64,000 nt of DNA from NCBI GenBank assembly GCA_965116655.1, contig OZ220720.1, forward strand, positions 892,338 through 956,337, in the 5' to 3' direction. The stretch comes from Dehalococcoidia bacterium (GTDB lineage Bacteria > Chloroflexota > Dehalococcoidia > Lucifugimonadales > VXLM01). Both the position numbers and the translations under genes were made by a program. Below the pieces are notes generated by a model. The model saw only the letters and a program-made list of their open reading frames with translations. It was not told where the DNA came from and ran no database searches. Positions 34,645 to 42,770 of the stretch are shown piece after piece; position 1 is the stretch's first letter; each line of letters starts with the position of its first letter.

Positions 34645-35541
34645 ATGAAGGAGGCCCCATTGGAGACGTTTTCCGACGCGCTGAGTTCGGGTGAGTTCGT
34701 GGTGACGACGGAATTGAATCCGCCGAAGGGCACGGACTTGGGGCCGCTGATGCGGCGGGCGGAGTCACTGAGCGGGATGGTGAGGGCCTTCAACGTGACG
34801 GACTCGGCGGGGGCGAATATGACGATGGCGCCCATTGCGGCGGCGCACCTGATGATAGATAGGGGCATCGAGCCGATCCTGCAGGTGACGGGGCGTGACA
34901 GGAACAGGATCGCGTTGGAGGGGGAGATATTGGCGGCGGCGGCTCTCGGCATTCGCAACGTGCTGTGCATGAGCGGCGACCCGCCCGGTCGGGGCGATCA
35001 TCCCGACGCGAAGGGGGTGTTCGACCTGAAGGCAGAGACGCTGCTCGATGCCGTGACCGCGATGAACTCGGGCAAGGACATGTACGGCAACGAGCTAAAG
35101 GGGACGCCTACCCTGTTCGCGGGGGCGGTGGCGAATCCCGGAGCTGACGACATGGACACCGAGCTTGCGCGTATGGAGGACAAGGTGCGCTGCGGAGCTT
35201 CGTTCTTCCAGACTCAGGCGGTGTACGACGCTGCGTCCTTCGAGAAATTCATGGAAGGCGCACGAGGGTTCGGGGTGCCGGTGCTGGCGGGGATGATCGT
35301 GCTCAAGTCGGGAGGCATGGCTCGCTTTCTGAACGACAAGCTGCCGGGCGTTTCGGTGCCGCAGAGCATCGTCGACGAGATGGACGGCGCGGAGGACAGA
35401 GCGGCCGCCGGAGTCAGGATAACGGCGCGGCTGATCGACGAGGTGCGGGGGATGTGCGACGGGACGCACATCATGGCGATAGGCTGGGAATCGCGCATTC
35501 CGGCGATCCTCGAAGCGGCCGGACTTGCGCGCGGTGATTAA
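34645..35541 (+). CDS. metF: methylenetetrahydrofolate reductase
   Basis: 298 aa: VVTTELNPPKGTD, FNVTDSAGANMTMAPIAAA, PILQVTGRDRNR and LCMSGDPP. Confidence 0.85.
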   Translation: MKEAPLETFSDALSSGEFVVTTELNPPKGTDLGPLMRRAESLSGMVRAFNVTDSAGANMTMAPIAAAHLMIDRGIEPILQVTGRDRNRIALEGEILAAAALGIRNVLCMSGDPPGRGDHPDAKGVFDLKAETLLDAVTAMNSGKDMYGNELKGTPTLFAGAVANPGADDMDTELARMEDKVRCGASFFQTQAVYDAASFEKFMEGARGFGVPVLAGMIVLKSGGMARFLNDKLPGVSVPQSIVDEMDGAEDRAAAGVRITARLIDEVRGMCDGTHIMAIGWESRIPAILEAAGLARGD

Positions 35542-35547
35542 CGCTGA

Positions 35548-35620
35548 CTTCAAGTAACCGTCCAAGACAAGAGGGATTCACCACAGAGGGCGCAGAGACC
35601 ACAGAGCGGAAAGATCAGAG
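35548..35620. repeat. family-E repeat (TTCAAGTAAC...GATTCACCNCAGAG..GCGCAGAGA)
   Basis: It aligns with 35697-35773. Partial relatives are at 16200-16250 and 33535-33660. Confidence 0.6.
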
Positions 35621-35696
35621 TGGGTTCGGAACAGCTAGTTCTTCTCGCATGGGTCCCTGGGACTCAGCCTGTCGAAGAGCGCCGGGCGTAACGCCT

Positions 35697-35773
35697 CTTT
35701 CAAGTAACTGCTTAAAACAAGAAGAAGATTCACCGCAGGGAACACAGAGAGCGCAGAGATAAGAGAAGGATAG
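35697..35773. repeat. family-E repeat
   Basis: CTTTCAAGTAACTGCTTAAAACAAGAAGAAGATTCACCGCAGGGAACACAGAGAGCGCAGAGA... Confidence 0.6.
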
Positions 35774-35916
35774 ATTTTTCCACCTGACGACCTTCACGTG
35801 ATTACCCGGCCTTAGTGGCAGTTGCTGACACCTCTGCACGGCCCCGCGTGCGGGACGTAACGCCCTCAGGGCGAATGGGACGCCCTTAAGTCACCCTCCT
35901 TTAGTAAGATGGTCAC

Positions 35917-36306
35917 ATGCTTGTCACCGGCGTCGACATCATTGAGATCGATCGCGTTGAGCGTGTATTCGAGCGGTACGGCGACCGGTTTCTCCGACGC
36001 ATCTACTGTGAGGGCGAGATTCGTTACGCGCGGGGGCGGGCTCCGCAGCTTGCGAGCAGGTTCGCGGCAAAGGAGGCGGTGATGAAGCTGCTGGGCACGG
36101 GGGTGCGTGGAGTGCGCTGGCGCGACATCGAGGTGGTGCGGCATCCGGGGATGGCGCCGCATATCGTATTGCACGGTACCGCGAAGGCGCGGGCAGAGCG
36201 CATCGGGCTGACGGACATCGCGCTGTCGCTGTCTCACTCGAAGGGCTTTGCGGTCGCTTCGGTGGTCGGCCACAGCTCGGAGGGGAATCTTATTCCGCCG
36301 AGATAG
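35917..36306 (+). CDS. acpS: holo-[acyl-carrier-protein] synthase
   Basis: 129 aa: GVDIIEIDRV, RFAAKEAVMKLLGTG, IALSLSHSKGFAVASVV. Confidence 0.9.
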   Translation: MLVTGVDIIEIDRVERVFERYGDRFLRRIYCEGEIRYARGRAPQLASRFAAKEAVMKLLGTGVRGVRWRDIEVVRHPGMAPHIVLHGTAKARAERIGLTDIALSLSHSKGFAVASVVGHSSEGNLIPPR

Positions 36307-36315
36307 GGAGGGCCT

Positions 36316-36357
36316 ATCACCCTCACCCCAACCCTCTCCCGCGAACGGGAGAGGGGG
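36316..36357. repeat. family-B hairpin repeat
   Basis: ATCACCCTCACCCCAACCCTCTCCCGCGAACGGGAGAGGGGG lies right after the acpS stop. Confidence 0.65.
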
Positions 36358-36410
36358 TTAAGACAAGGCCTCGGAATAGTAGAGAATTCGCAACAGGAGC
36401 GGCAAAAGAA

Positions 36411-36779
36411 ATGGGAATGGACGATATCAAACCGGGTCTGCGTCACGAGCTCGAAGACACGGTGAAAGAAGAGCAGACGATCAACCGCATGGGGAAGCCG
36501 GGTGCGGAGGTGCTGTCGACACCGTCGCTGCTGGCCCTGATGGAGTGGTCGAGCATCCACAGCACCGACCACCTGCTGCCGGAGGGCAAGACGACGGTGG
36601 GCTACGGGGTCGATGAGATGCGGCATATCGCGCCGACGCCCATTGGGGGGAAAGTGACGGTGACGGCGGAACTGACCGAGGTGGACGGCAACAGGCTCAC
36701 GTACGTCATCGAGGCCAATGAGGGCGACAAGTTCATCGGCAAGGCGGTGCACAAGCGGGCGATCATCGACATCCCGTGA
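36411..36779 (+). CDS. hotdog-fold thioesterase (FlK-like)
   Basis: 122 aa: VLSTPSLLALMEWSS, VGYGVDEMRHIAPTPIGGKVTVTAELTEVDGNRLTYVIEA. Confidence 0.65.
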   Translation: MGMDDIKPGLRHELEDTVKEEQTINRMGKPGAEVLSTPSLLALMEWSSIHSTDHLLPEGKTTVGYGVDEMRHIAPTPIGGKVTVTAELTEVDGNRLTYVIEANEGDKFIGKAVHKRAIIDIP

Positions 36780-36814
36780 GGGGCTCCCCCTCTCTGTATC
36801 TCTCCCCCGCCGGG

Positions 36815-37103
36815 CTGACAGGGGTAGGCATTTGACCATCGGTCCGCTTCCACGAATGAGAAAATAGCCCCGTCGCTGTCATTCTGAGCGGAGCGCAGCG
36901 GAGTCGAAGAATCTAAAATGTCTGATCCAGTGTAAGGCTGACATAGAGAATTCTTACGTTGTTGTCGCTCTTGGTCAGGATAGAAGCGTGACACTGACTG
37001 TCCGGTCTTGCGGTGAAGAATTTTAGATTCCTCCCTTCGGTCGGAATGACAGGGATGTAGGGTCGGATCATAGCTACAGTTCCGTTTTGCCTACCCCTGT
37101 CAG
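36815..37103. mobile_element. 289-bp MITE-like element with 11-bp target duplication inside a family-A hairpin
   Basis: The ends CTGACAGGGGTAGGCA and TGCCTACCCCTGTCAG are inverted repeats. CCCCCGCCGGG flanks both sides (36804-14 and 37104-14). The element contains the 175-bp inner TIR unit at 36877-37051. Confidence 0.7.
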
Positions 37104-37230
37104 CCCCCGCCGGGGGAGAGACTGGGTCTGGTTGCGGTGTAATTGCTGACATCCCGGCATGGCCTCCAACCTGGGGAATAGCGCCGGTCCGGGTTCACGA
37201 AGTCCTTTGGACGTTATTCCATGCGGATCA

Positions 37231-38346
37231 TTACGCACGCCGGTGGGCGGCCATGGCGTCCTCGTACCACTCGTCGCCGTAGACCTCACGCTTGTTGAGC
37301 CAGCGTCCGGGACGCGGGAGGATGCGTAGGCTGCGGTCTTCGAGGGGAAGGTGGACGGGCGTGTGGCCGCGACGGTGCGACTCCCGGAGGGCGATGCCGA
37401 TTTCGAGCGCCTTTCGCATGTTGTCGCCGCTCGTCCAAGGCTCGCGGCCCTCTTCGAGCGCCTCGACGATCGCGTTGATGCTGGAGCGCTGCCGGTATTG
37501 GGGCATCCGGCGACCGTCCTCGCCGTACATGTTGACCGGATCTGCTGCGTCCTCGAAGATTCCGGGGACCTCGTTGCCAGGCCAGACTCTGGCGTTGGGC
37601 GGGTCGTCGGGCAGGGGCCATAGTCGAAAGGTCTTCCAGTCGCTGAAGAAGACGGCGCGGGAAGTATTGACCTCGATGCCGAACTTGCCGACGGCGTTCA
37701 TGTGGATGAATGCCTCGATGCCGTTGGAGAAGCGCACAACGCCGCCCATGCCCTGGTCGCCGTCGACGAAGGGATCGTCCTTGACCCAGCCGACTACCCA
37801 ATCAACGTCGGCATCCCCCGCCATGAGCCGCATGACGCCGAGGCTCTGGCATCCACCACCCGATATCTCGTCGTGAGGGTGGTAGACGTTTATGCTCCTC
37901 ACCTCGCCGACCTCTCCCCGGTCGATCATGTCCCTGAACTGCCGGAACTGCGGAAGGTTTCGCCAGGCGTCCCCGGACGCGAAGGGAATATTTCGAGAAC
38001 GGCACGCCTCGACCATCCGGTCGGCTTCCTGAAGGCTGGCGGCAATCGGTTTCTCGCTGAAGATGGCGCGGACGCCGGCCTCCGCGCAGGCGATGACGAC
38101 CTCTGGGTTCACGCTAACCGGGAGGACGGGCGCGGCGATGTCGATCTCCTCGTTGGCAAGCATGTCCCGGTAGCTTTCGTAAATGGCGGTGACGCCGAAG
38201 CGCTCGCGGAAGAGGTCAAGGTTTCGCCGGTCGGGGTCGGCGGCGGCGACCAGCTCGCATCGTGGATGCAATTCATAGCCGCGGGCATGATTGGTGCCCA
38301 TCCTGCCAACGCCGATCATCGCTACCTTGTGCTTTTTGGCCGACAT
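37231..38346 (-). CDS. Gfo/Idh/MocA family oxidoreductase
   Basis: The start is trimmed to MSAKKHKVAMIGVGRMGTNHARGY at 38346 (AAGGAGAAAGG upstream). It contains IFSEKPIA. Confidence 0.8.
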   Translation of the reverse strand: MSAKKHKVAMIGVGRMGTNHARGYELHPRCELVAAADPDRRNLDLFRERFGVTAIYESYRDMLANEEIDIAAPVLPVSVNPEVVIACAEAGVRAIFSEKPIAASLQEADRMVEACRSRNIPFASGDAWRNLPQFRQFRDMIDRGEVGEVRSINVYHPHDEISGGGCQSLGVMRLMAGDADVDWVVGWVKDDPFVDGDQGMGGVVRFSNGIEAFIHMNAVGKFGIEVNTSRAVFFSDWKTFRLWPLPDDPPNARVWPGNEVPGIFEDAADPVNMYGEDGRRMPQYRQRSSINAIVEALEEGREPWTSGDNMRKALEIGIALRESHRRGHTPVHLPLEDRSLRILPRPGRWLNKREVYGDEWYEDAMAAHRRA

Positions 38347-38517
38347 TCGCCTTTCTCCTTTCTGTGCGCCGGGCGAGAAGCGTCCTTTGACATCTCTCGC
38401 GTACCTTCTCATGTACGCGAGCGGTAGTCCAGTAGGCGTCGAGACGGCGATGACTTTCCAAGTGCGCCGTGGAGGGTAAAGCAACGTGACGGTTTCGGAA
38501 TTTGAAACCATCCTCTA

Positions 38518-38546
38518 TTGACAACTGGTGCGGTTGCAGGTATGTT
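38518..38546 (+). promoter_or_regulatory. candidate sigma70-type promoter
   Basis: TTGACA (38518-23), a 17-nt spacer, then TATGTT (38541-46). It lies about 170 nt upstream of the small ORF at 38727. Confidence 0.4.
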
Positions 38547-38726
38547 TTAGCTGGCTATTGAAGGGGGAGCGTGCAACGGTCGACAATTTTGTGATTGCCC
38601 TGCACAGGACTGGTTGCAGGGTTCACGAGAGAACTACCGGCGAAATCATTGCGCGTTAAGCCTCCTTCATGAATTCCCGCACTTGTCGGGAACCCAAATA
38701 GTACATCTTACGCAATGGAGACTGTT

Positions 38727-38924
38727 ATGGCCGATCTCACCGCATACTCGTTCAAGCTCCGGAAGAACGTCGTGATTAAGGACCCCAAGCTGGTGATGCT
38801 GAAGAACGGGCGTCCCGCCGTTCGCGGCGTAGCCGAAGAGGATCCCGACACTTCCGTGTTCCGCATTCTGAGCGCCGCAGAAGCCGATAAGCTGCGGGCT
38901 AAGGGAATCGAAGAAGAGAGCTAG
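38727..38924 (+). CDS. hypothetical small basic/acidic protein
   Basis: 65 aa: MADLTAYSFKLRKNVVIKDPKLVMLKNGRPAVRGVAEEDPDTSVFRILSAAEADKLRAKGIEEES. GGAGA lies 7 nt upstream. The alternative start is ATG 38715. Confidence 0.4.
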   Translation: MADLTAYSFKLRKNVVIKDPKLVMLKNGRPAVRGVAEEDPDTSVFRILSAAEADKLRAKGIEEES

Positions 38925-39225
38925 ACCGACTTTACCTACTCGGGTACTTGGCCCATCCAAATCAAGCCATAGCGGTTTGAGGCGTGGGTCTTTGCAGATG
39001 GCTCGGTAGCGGTGAAAGGTAGCGGCTCAGGCCGCAACATCGCCGAATCCGGCGGCAAGCAACAGCGGGCGTTCACTCGCAGGCACTCTCTGTGTGTCGT
39101 TCGGCGCGTTCCACGGACGCCCCGATTGACGCACGATTCCATGCTCGCGTCACTGCGAGGATTGTGTGTCTCCGCAGCCCTGGCGCTTGGCGTGGCGTTC
39201 ATTTCGATACCGTGGGCGCCGCTTG

Positions 39226-39234
39226 TGGTATACT
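39226..39234 (+). promoter_or_regulatory. extended -10 element upstream of rplU
   Basis: TGgTATACT lies 42 nt upstream of the first candidate rplU start. The -35 element is weak. Confidence 0.35.
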
Positions 39235-39275
39235 TTTTGGTCGGGGCGCGCTCATAGCAGGCGGCCCCTGTCTTT

Positions 39276-40046
39276 GTGAGTGGAGTACGTGAACCGTTGA
39301 GTACGTATGCGATTGTCCAAACGGGCAGCAAGCAGTACCGCGTCCAGGCGGGAGACAATATCCGCGTTGAGTCGCTGCCCGTCTACACCGGAGAGATCGT
39401 CAGCATTGACGACGTCCTGATGGTCTCGCGGGACGGCGACGTGAGTGTCGGCACGCCGGTTGTCGACGGCGCGCGCGTCCGCGCCCAGGTGACGTCCCGG
39501 GGACGAGGCCGGAAGATCACCGTCTTCAAGTACAAGTCGAAGGTGCGGTACCGGCGGACCAAGGGCCACCGGCAGCACTACACCGACCTGCGGATCATCG
39601 ATATCTCGATGGACGGCGAGTCCCTCGACGCGGTCGAAGAGCAGGCGGAGCCGGTCGAAGAGGTCGAGGAGACGGTAGACATCGTCGAGAGCGACGTGGC
39701 TGAGGACGTTGAGGCCGACTCGGAAGGACCGGCGGACGAGACCGAAGAGGACGCGTCGGTCGCCGAAGACGATCAGGTCGACGGCGACGATTCCGCGGAA
39801 AGTGTCATGGACGAGCCGGAAGACGATGCCGGGGACGATGAACCCGTAGCCGAAGACGATCAAGCGGACGGCGAAGACGACACAGAAGATACTTCGGACG
39901 AAACCGAGGACAACGCGCCGGTCGCCGAAGACGACCCGGCGGACGACGACACAGAAGACACCCCGGACGATTCGACCGACGAGGCGGAATCCGCTGAGGA
40001 GCCGGTCGATACGGACGAAGTGAAGGAGAATAAGGATGGCGCATAA
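39276..40046 (+). CDS. rplU: 50S ribosomal protein L21 with a roughly 150-aa acidic C-terminal extension
   Basis: [22 protein letters not shown]...[30 protein letters not shown] is followed by a D/E-rich repeat tail. The start is ambiguous (GTG 39276 or TTG 39297). Confidence 0.88.
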   Translation: MSGVREPLSTYAIVQTGSKQYRVQAGDNIRVESLPVYTGEIVSIDDVLMVSRDGDVSVGTPVVDGARVRAQVTSRGRGRKITVFKYKSKVRYRRTKGHRQHYTDLRIIDISMDGESLDAVEEQAEPVEEVEETVDIVESDVAEDVEADSEGPADETEEDASVAEDDQVDGDDSAESVMDEPEDDAGDDEPVAEDDQADGEDDTEDTSDETEDNAPVAEDDPADDDTEDTPDDSTDEAESAEEPVDTDEVKENKDGA

Positions 40047-40293
40047 GAAGGGCGGCGGCAGCACGCGAAACGGCAGGGACAGCCAGGGCCAGCGGCTGGG
40101 CGTGAAGCGGTACGACACCGAGTTCGTAAGCGCGGGAAGCATCATCGTCCGTCAGCGCGGCACGAAGATCGAGGCGGGCAGCAATGTCGGCATCGGACGC
40201 GACCACACGCTGTACGCGCTCATCGACGGCGCCGTCAAGTTCGAGCCGGCGAGGCGCGACAAGAAGCGGGCCAGCGTCTACCCGGTATCATAA
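40036..40293 (+). CDS. rpmA: 50S ribosomal protein L27
   Basis: [27 protein letters not shown]...[11 protein letters not shown]. An 11-nt overlap with rplU. Confidence 0.95.
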   Translation: MAHKKGGGSTRNGRDSQGQRLGVKRYDTEFVSAGSIIVRQRGTKIEAGSNVGIGRDHTLYALIDGAVKFEPARRDKKRASVYPVS

Positions 40294-40303
40294 GGAACAT
40301 TCC

Positions 40304-40513
40304 ATGAAGGCCGACATTCATCCAACGTATTACCCCAACGCGATCGTCAACTGCTCGTGCGGCAAGTCGTACACGACGGGTTCTACAAAGCGCGAGTTGC
40401 ACGTGGAGATCTGCAAGGAGTGCCACCCGTTCTTCACGGGCGAGCAGCGCATCGTGGACACCGAGGGACGGGTTGAACGCTTCAACCGCCGGTTCCGCAT
40501 GAGCGGCAGGTAG
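40304..40513 (+). CDS. rpmE: 50S ribosomal protein L31 (Zn-ribbon type A)
   Basis: [28 protein letters not shown]...[13 protein letters not shown]. The start is trimmed from the track's 40184. Confidence 0.93.
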   Translation: MKADIHPTYYPNAIVNCSCGKSYTTGSTKRELHVEICKECHPFFTGEQRIVDTEGRVERFNRRFRMSGR

Positions 40514-40988
40514 GGTCCTGCCGGGACTCTTAACGAAGTCTCCCAACCGGCGTTTTTGTAACAGTCGCCGCTTCGACGGTTTTCGGCTACCTGAGCCAAC
40601 CAGGTACGGTCAACAGTTCGCTACCTGTATCCCACAGCCTACCATCCGGCAGCCCATGAGTCGGCTCACGTTTCCTCAAGCCGCGCTTGTCCACGGTCGG
40701 ACATCATGCATCCTGCCTATGGCAAACGGTTAACGCTGGACGTCGCGTCAAAGACCTGATGGCCGCTCAAACTTCCGGGAAGCTCGCCATATAAGGAAAA
40801 GGCGGCGCCCGGTTAGTCCTCCACTCCCATCACCATTGCCGGACACCGCCTTTTTGGAAAAGGGGGGCACTTGTATATACGTGCGGGAGGGCTGATCGGT
40901 TCTCTTGAGCGCCGGAAATAGGGAACCCATCGCCCCGCACGTTCGAGCGGCCTCAGAAGGTGCCTGAAAAGTCGCCGGATCCGTTCGT

Positions 40989-41039
40989 GGTGAGCTTGTC
41001 GAACCATGAACCACCCTTCGACAGGCTCAGGGTGAACGG
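40989..41039. repeat. family-F repeat (CCCTTCGACA(A/G)GCTCAGGGTGAACGG hairpin)
   Basis: It matches 54653-54683 and partly matches 33615-33634. Confidence 0.6.
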
Positions 41040-41109
41040 AGTTTTTGACACCCTCTCAGAGGAAACTTGCAGATATCGTGCTACAATCCCGATAGGGAGT
41101 AGACGCGAC

Positions 41110-42495
41110 GTGGTCGTTTACAGTCCGACATACCCAACTGCCCATTCACCGGGGACGGCTGTTCCACAAGGATGGATCTGCGAGCCGAGGCGTGGACCCG
41201 AGGAGGCGGTCGTCCGTCTGTGGCAGAACGCCGACCGGCTTGCCACGGGGCTCGTGACGCAGGACGGGAGACGGCTCAAAGTGCTGTATCCCGGGCGAAG
41301 GAGCAGCTCGGCCGGGCCGGACTTTCGGGACTGCGTGCTGAGCACCGAATCGGGAGACATCGTGGTTGGCGACGTCGAGGTGCACGTCAACGCAGGAGGA
41401 TGGCGGGCGCACGGGCACCACGTCGATGCGAACTACAACGGCGTCGTGCTCCACGTGGTGCTCGCGCCGAGCGGCAGGTCCACGACGACGCTGGAGTCCC
41501 GCGCGGAGGCGCCGGTGGCGGCCATTGGCTCGGCCCAAGAGAACGAGACCGTCGATGTCGAGCCGCGTCGCCGAGTGGATGAAGACACGTCCGTTTCGGC
41601 CCTATGCACAAAACTCGACCGAGCTGGGGACGATAGATTCCGCTTGAAGGCGGGCGGGTACGCCATGGAGCTTGAGTCGGGGGACGCCGAACAGGTCCTG
41701 TACGCGGGAATCATGGAGGCGCTGGGATATTCCGCCAACCGGAGGCCGTTCGCGGCGCTGGCCGCGAGCGTGCCCATGGCCAGGCTGTGTGCATTGCGAG
41801 AGGAGCCGAGCGTTACACGATTATTGGCGATACGAGCCATGCTGGTATCGGCGTCCGGCCTCATGCCCTCGGTCTCGGCGGAGGACGCGGAGAAGTTTCG
41901 CGCCACTCTGAAGGGACTTCCTCCTATGGAGAAGATCGGCGAGTCGTGGAGGACTTTTCGTGTGAGGCCGTCCAATCACCCCCTGCGGCGAATCGAAGGG
42001 GCAGCTGTGCTGATCGACCGCGCCCTTGACGAGGGATTTTTGTCCATTGCAACGAGAACGGCACGAGGTAGGAAGCACCGGTCCCTAATCAATCTGTTCA
42101 CGGCTCCGCCGCTCATCGGGGAAAGCCGGGCGCGGGAGATTGCGGTCAACGTCGTGCTGCCGTTCATGTACGCGTGGTGCGGGATTACCCGCGACCGCGA
42201 GCTGCGGGCGTCGAGCATCGAGATTTTCCGAAAAATGCCGGGACTGGCCGACAACGAGATCACGAGGGAGATGAAGCGACTGCTTCCTTCTGGGGTCGAT
42301 ACGCGAGGGGCCCGTCGCCAGCAGGGCCTTATTCATCTCTATAAGCACATGCGCGGGACGCTCTCCGAATCTCACCCCCGGCGAGCTGACGGGGGTAGGC
42401 ATTCACCCTCACCCCAGCCCTCTCCCACGAACGGGAGAGGGGGTTTGCATCGACGAGAAAGCGGCTCCGACACTGTCATTCTGAGCGGAGCGTAG
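41110..42495 (+). CDS. DUF2851 family protein; 3' end and stop supplied by repeat sequence
   Basis: RLWQNADRL...DGRRLKVLYPGRRSSSAGPDFRDCVL......GDVEVHVNAGGWRAHGHHVDANYNGVVLHVVL. The GTG 41110 start is a guess; the track start at 40960 lies in a repeat. Confidence 0.6.
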   Translation: MVVYSPTYPTAHSPGTAVPQGWICEPRRGPEEAVVRLWQNADRLATGLVTQDGRRLKVLYPGRRSSSAGPDFRDCVLSTESGDIVVGDVEVHVNAGGWRAHGHHVDANYNGVVLHVVLAPSGRSTTTLESRAEAPVAAIGSAQENETVDVEPRRRVDEDTSVSALCTKLDRAGDDRFRLKAGGYAMELESGDAEQVLYAGIMEALGYSANRRPFAALAASVPMARLCALREEPSVTRLLAIRAMLVSASGLMPSVSAEDAEKFRATLKGLPPMEKIGESWRTFRVRPSNHPLRRIEGAAVLIDRALDEGFLSIATRTARGRKHRSLINLFTAPPLIGESRAREIAVNVVLPFMYAWCGITRDRELRASSIEIFRKMPGLADNEITREMKRLLPSGVDTRGARRQQGLIHLYKHMRGTLSESHPRRADGGRHSPSPQPSPTNGRGGLHRRESGSDTVILSGA

Positions 42496-42720
42496 CGAAG
42501 TCGAAGAATCTAAAATGGCTGTCCCAACGTAAAGCTGACATAGAGAATTTCCCCGCTGTTTTCACTCTTGGTCACGACATAAGCGCGGCACTGGCTGTCA
42601 AGTCTTGCGGTTATGGATTTTAGATTCCTCGCTACGCTCGGAATGACAGGGGGTGGGGTCGGAATGACAGGGAGACGGAACTAGATCGTAACTACAAGTC
42701 CGTTTTGCCTACCTCGTTAG
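42386..42720. mobile_element. older copy of the CTGAC-ended MITE-like element, carrying a secondary family-B hairpin insertion
   Basis: Left end CTGACGGGGGTAGGCA, degenerate right end TGCCTACCTCGTTAG, and decayed flanking repeats (7/11 match). The inner unit is at 42474-42648. The B hairpin at 42402-42443 interrupts sequence that is contiguous in the 36815 copy. Confidence 0.55.
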
Positions 42721-42770
42721 TCCTCGGTGGGGGAGAGACGTTAGATGAGGAGAGACTGTGGGGAATTGCC

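Noticed and set aside
39000-39090. SRP (4.5S) RNA domain IV, suggested by CUCAGGCC...GGCAAGCAACAGC.
   Set aside because: The apical loop is AAUC (or GAUU on the other strand) rather than a GNRA-type tetraloop. The symmetric and asymmetric loop consensus (AGGUCAGGUCCGGAAGGAAGCAGCC) is only loosely matched.
40880-40960. tmRNA 5' end, suggested by GGGAGGGCTGATCGG resembling GGGGCUGAU.
   Set aside because: There is no following TTCGAC-type acceptor/T-arm pairing. The expected 3' end about 350 nt downstream would fall inside the DUF2851 coding region, and no ...TCCACCA tail is present.
41045-41086. Promoter for the DUF2851 gene, using TTGACA at 41045 and TACAAT at 41081.
   Set aside because: The two hexamers are 30 nt apart, and neither has a properly spaced partner.
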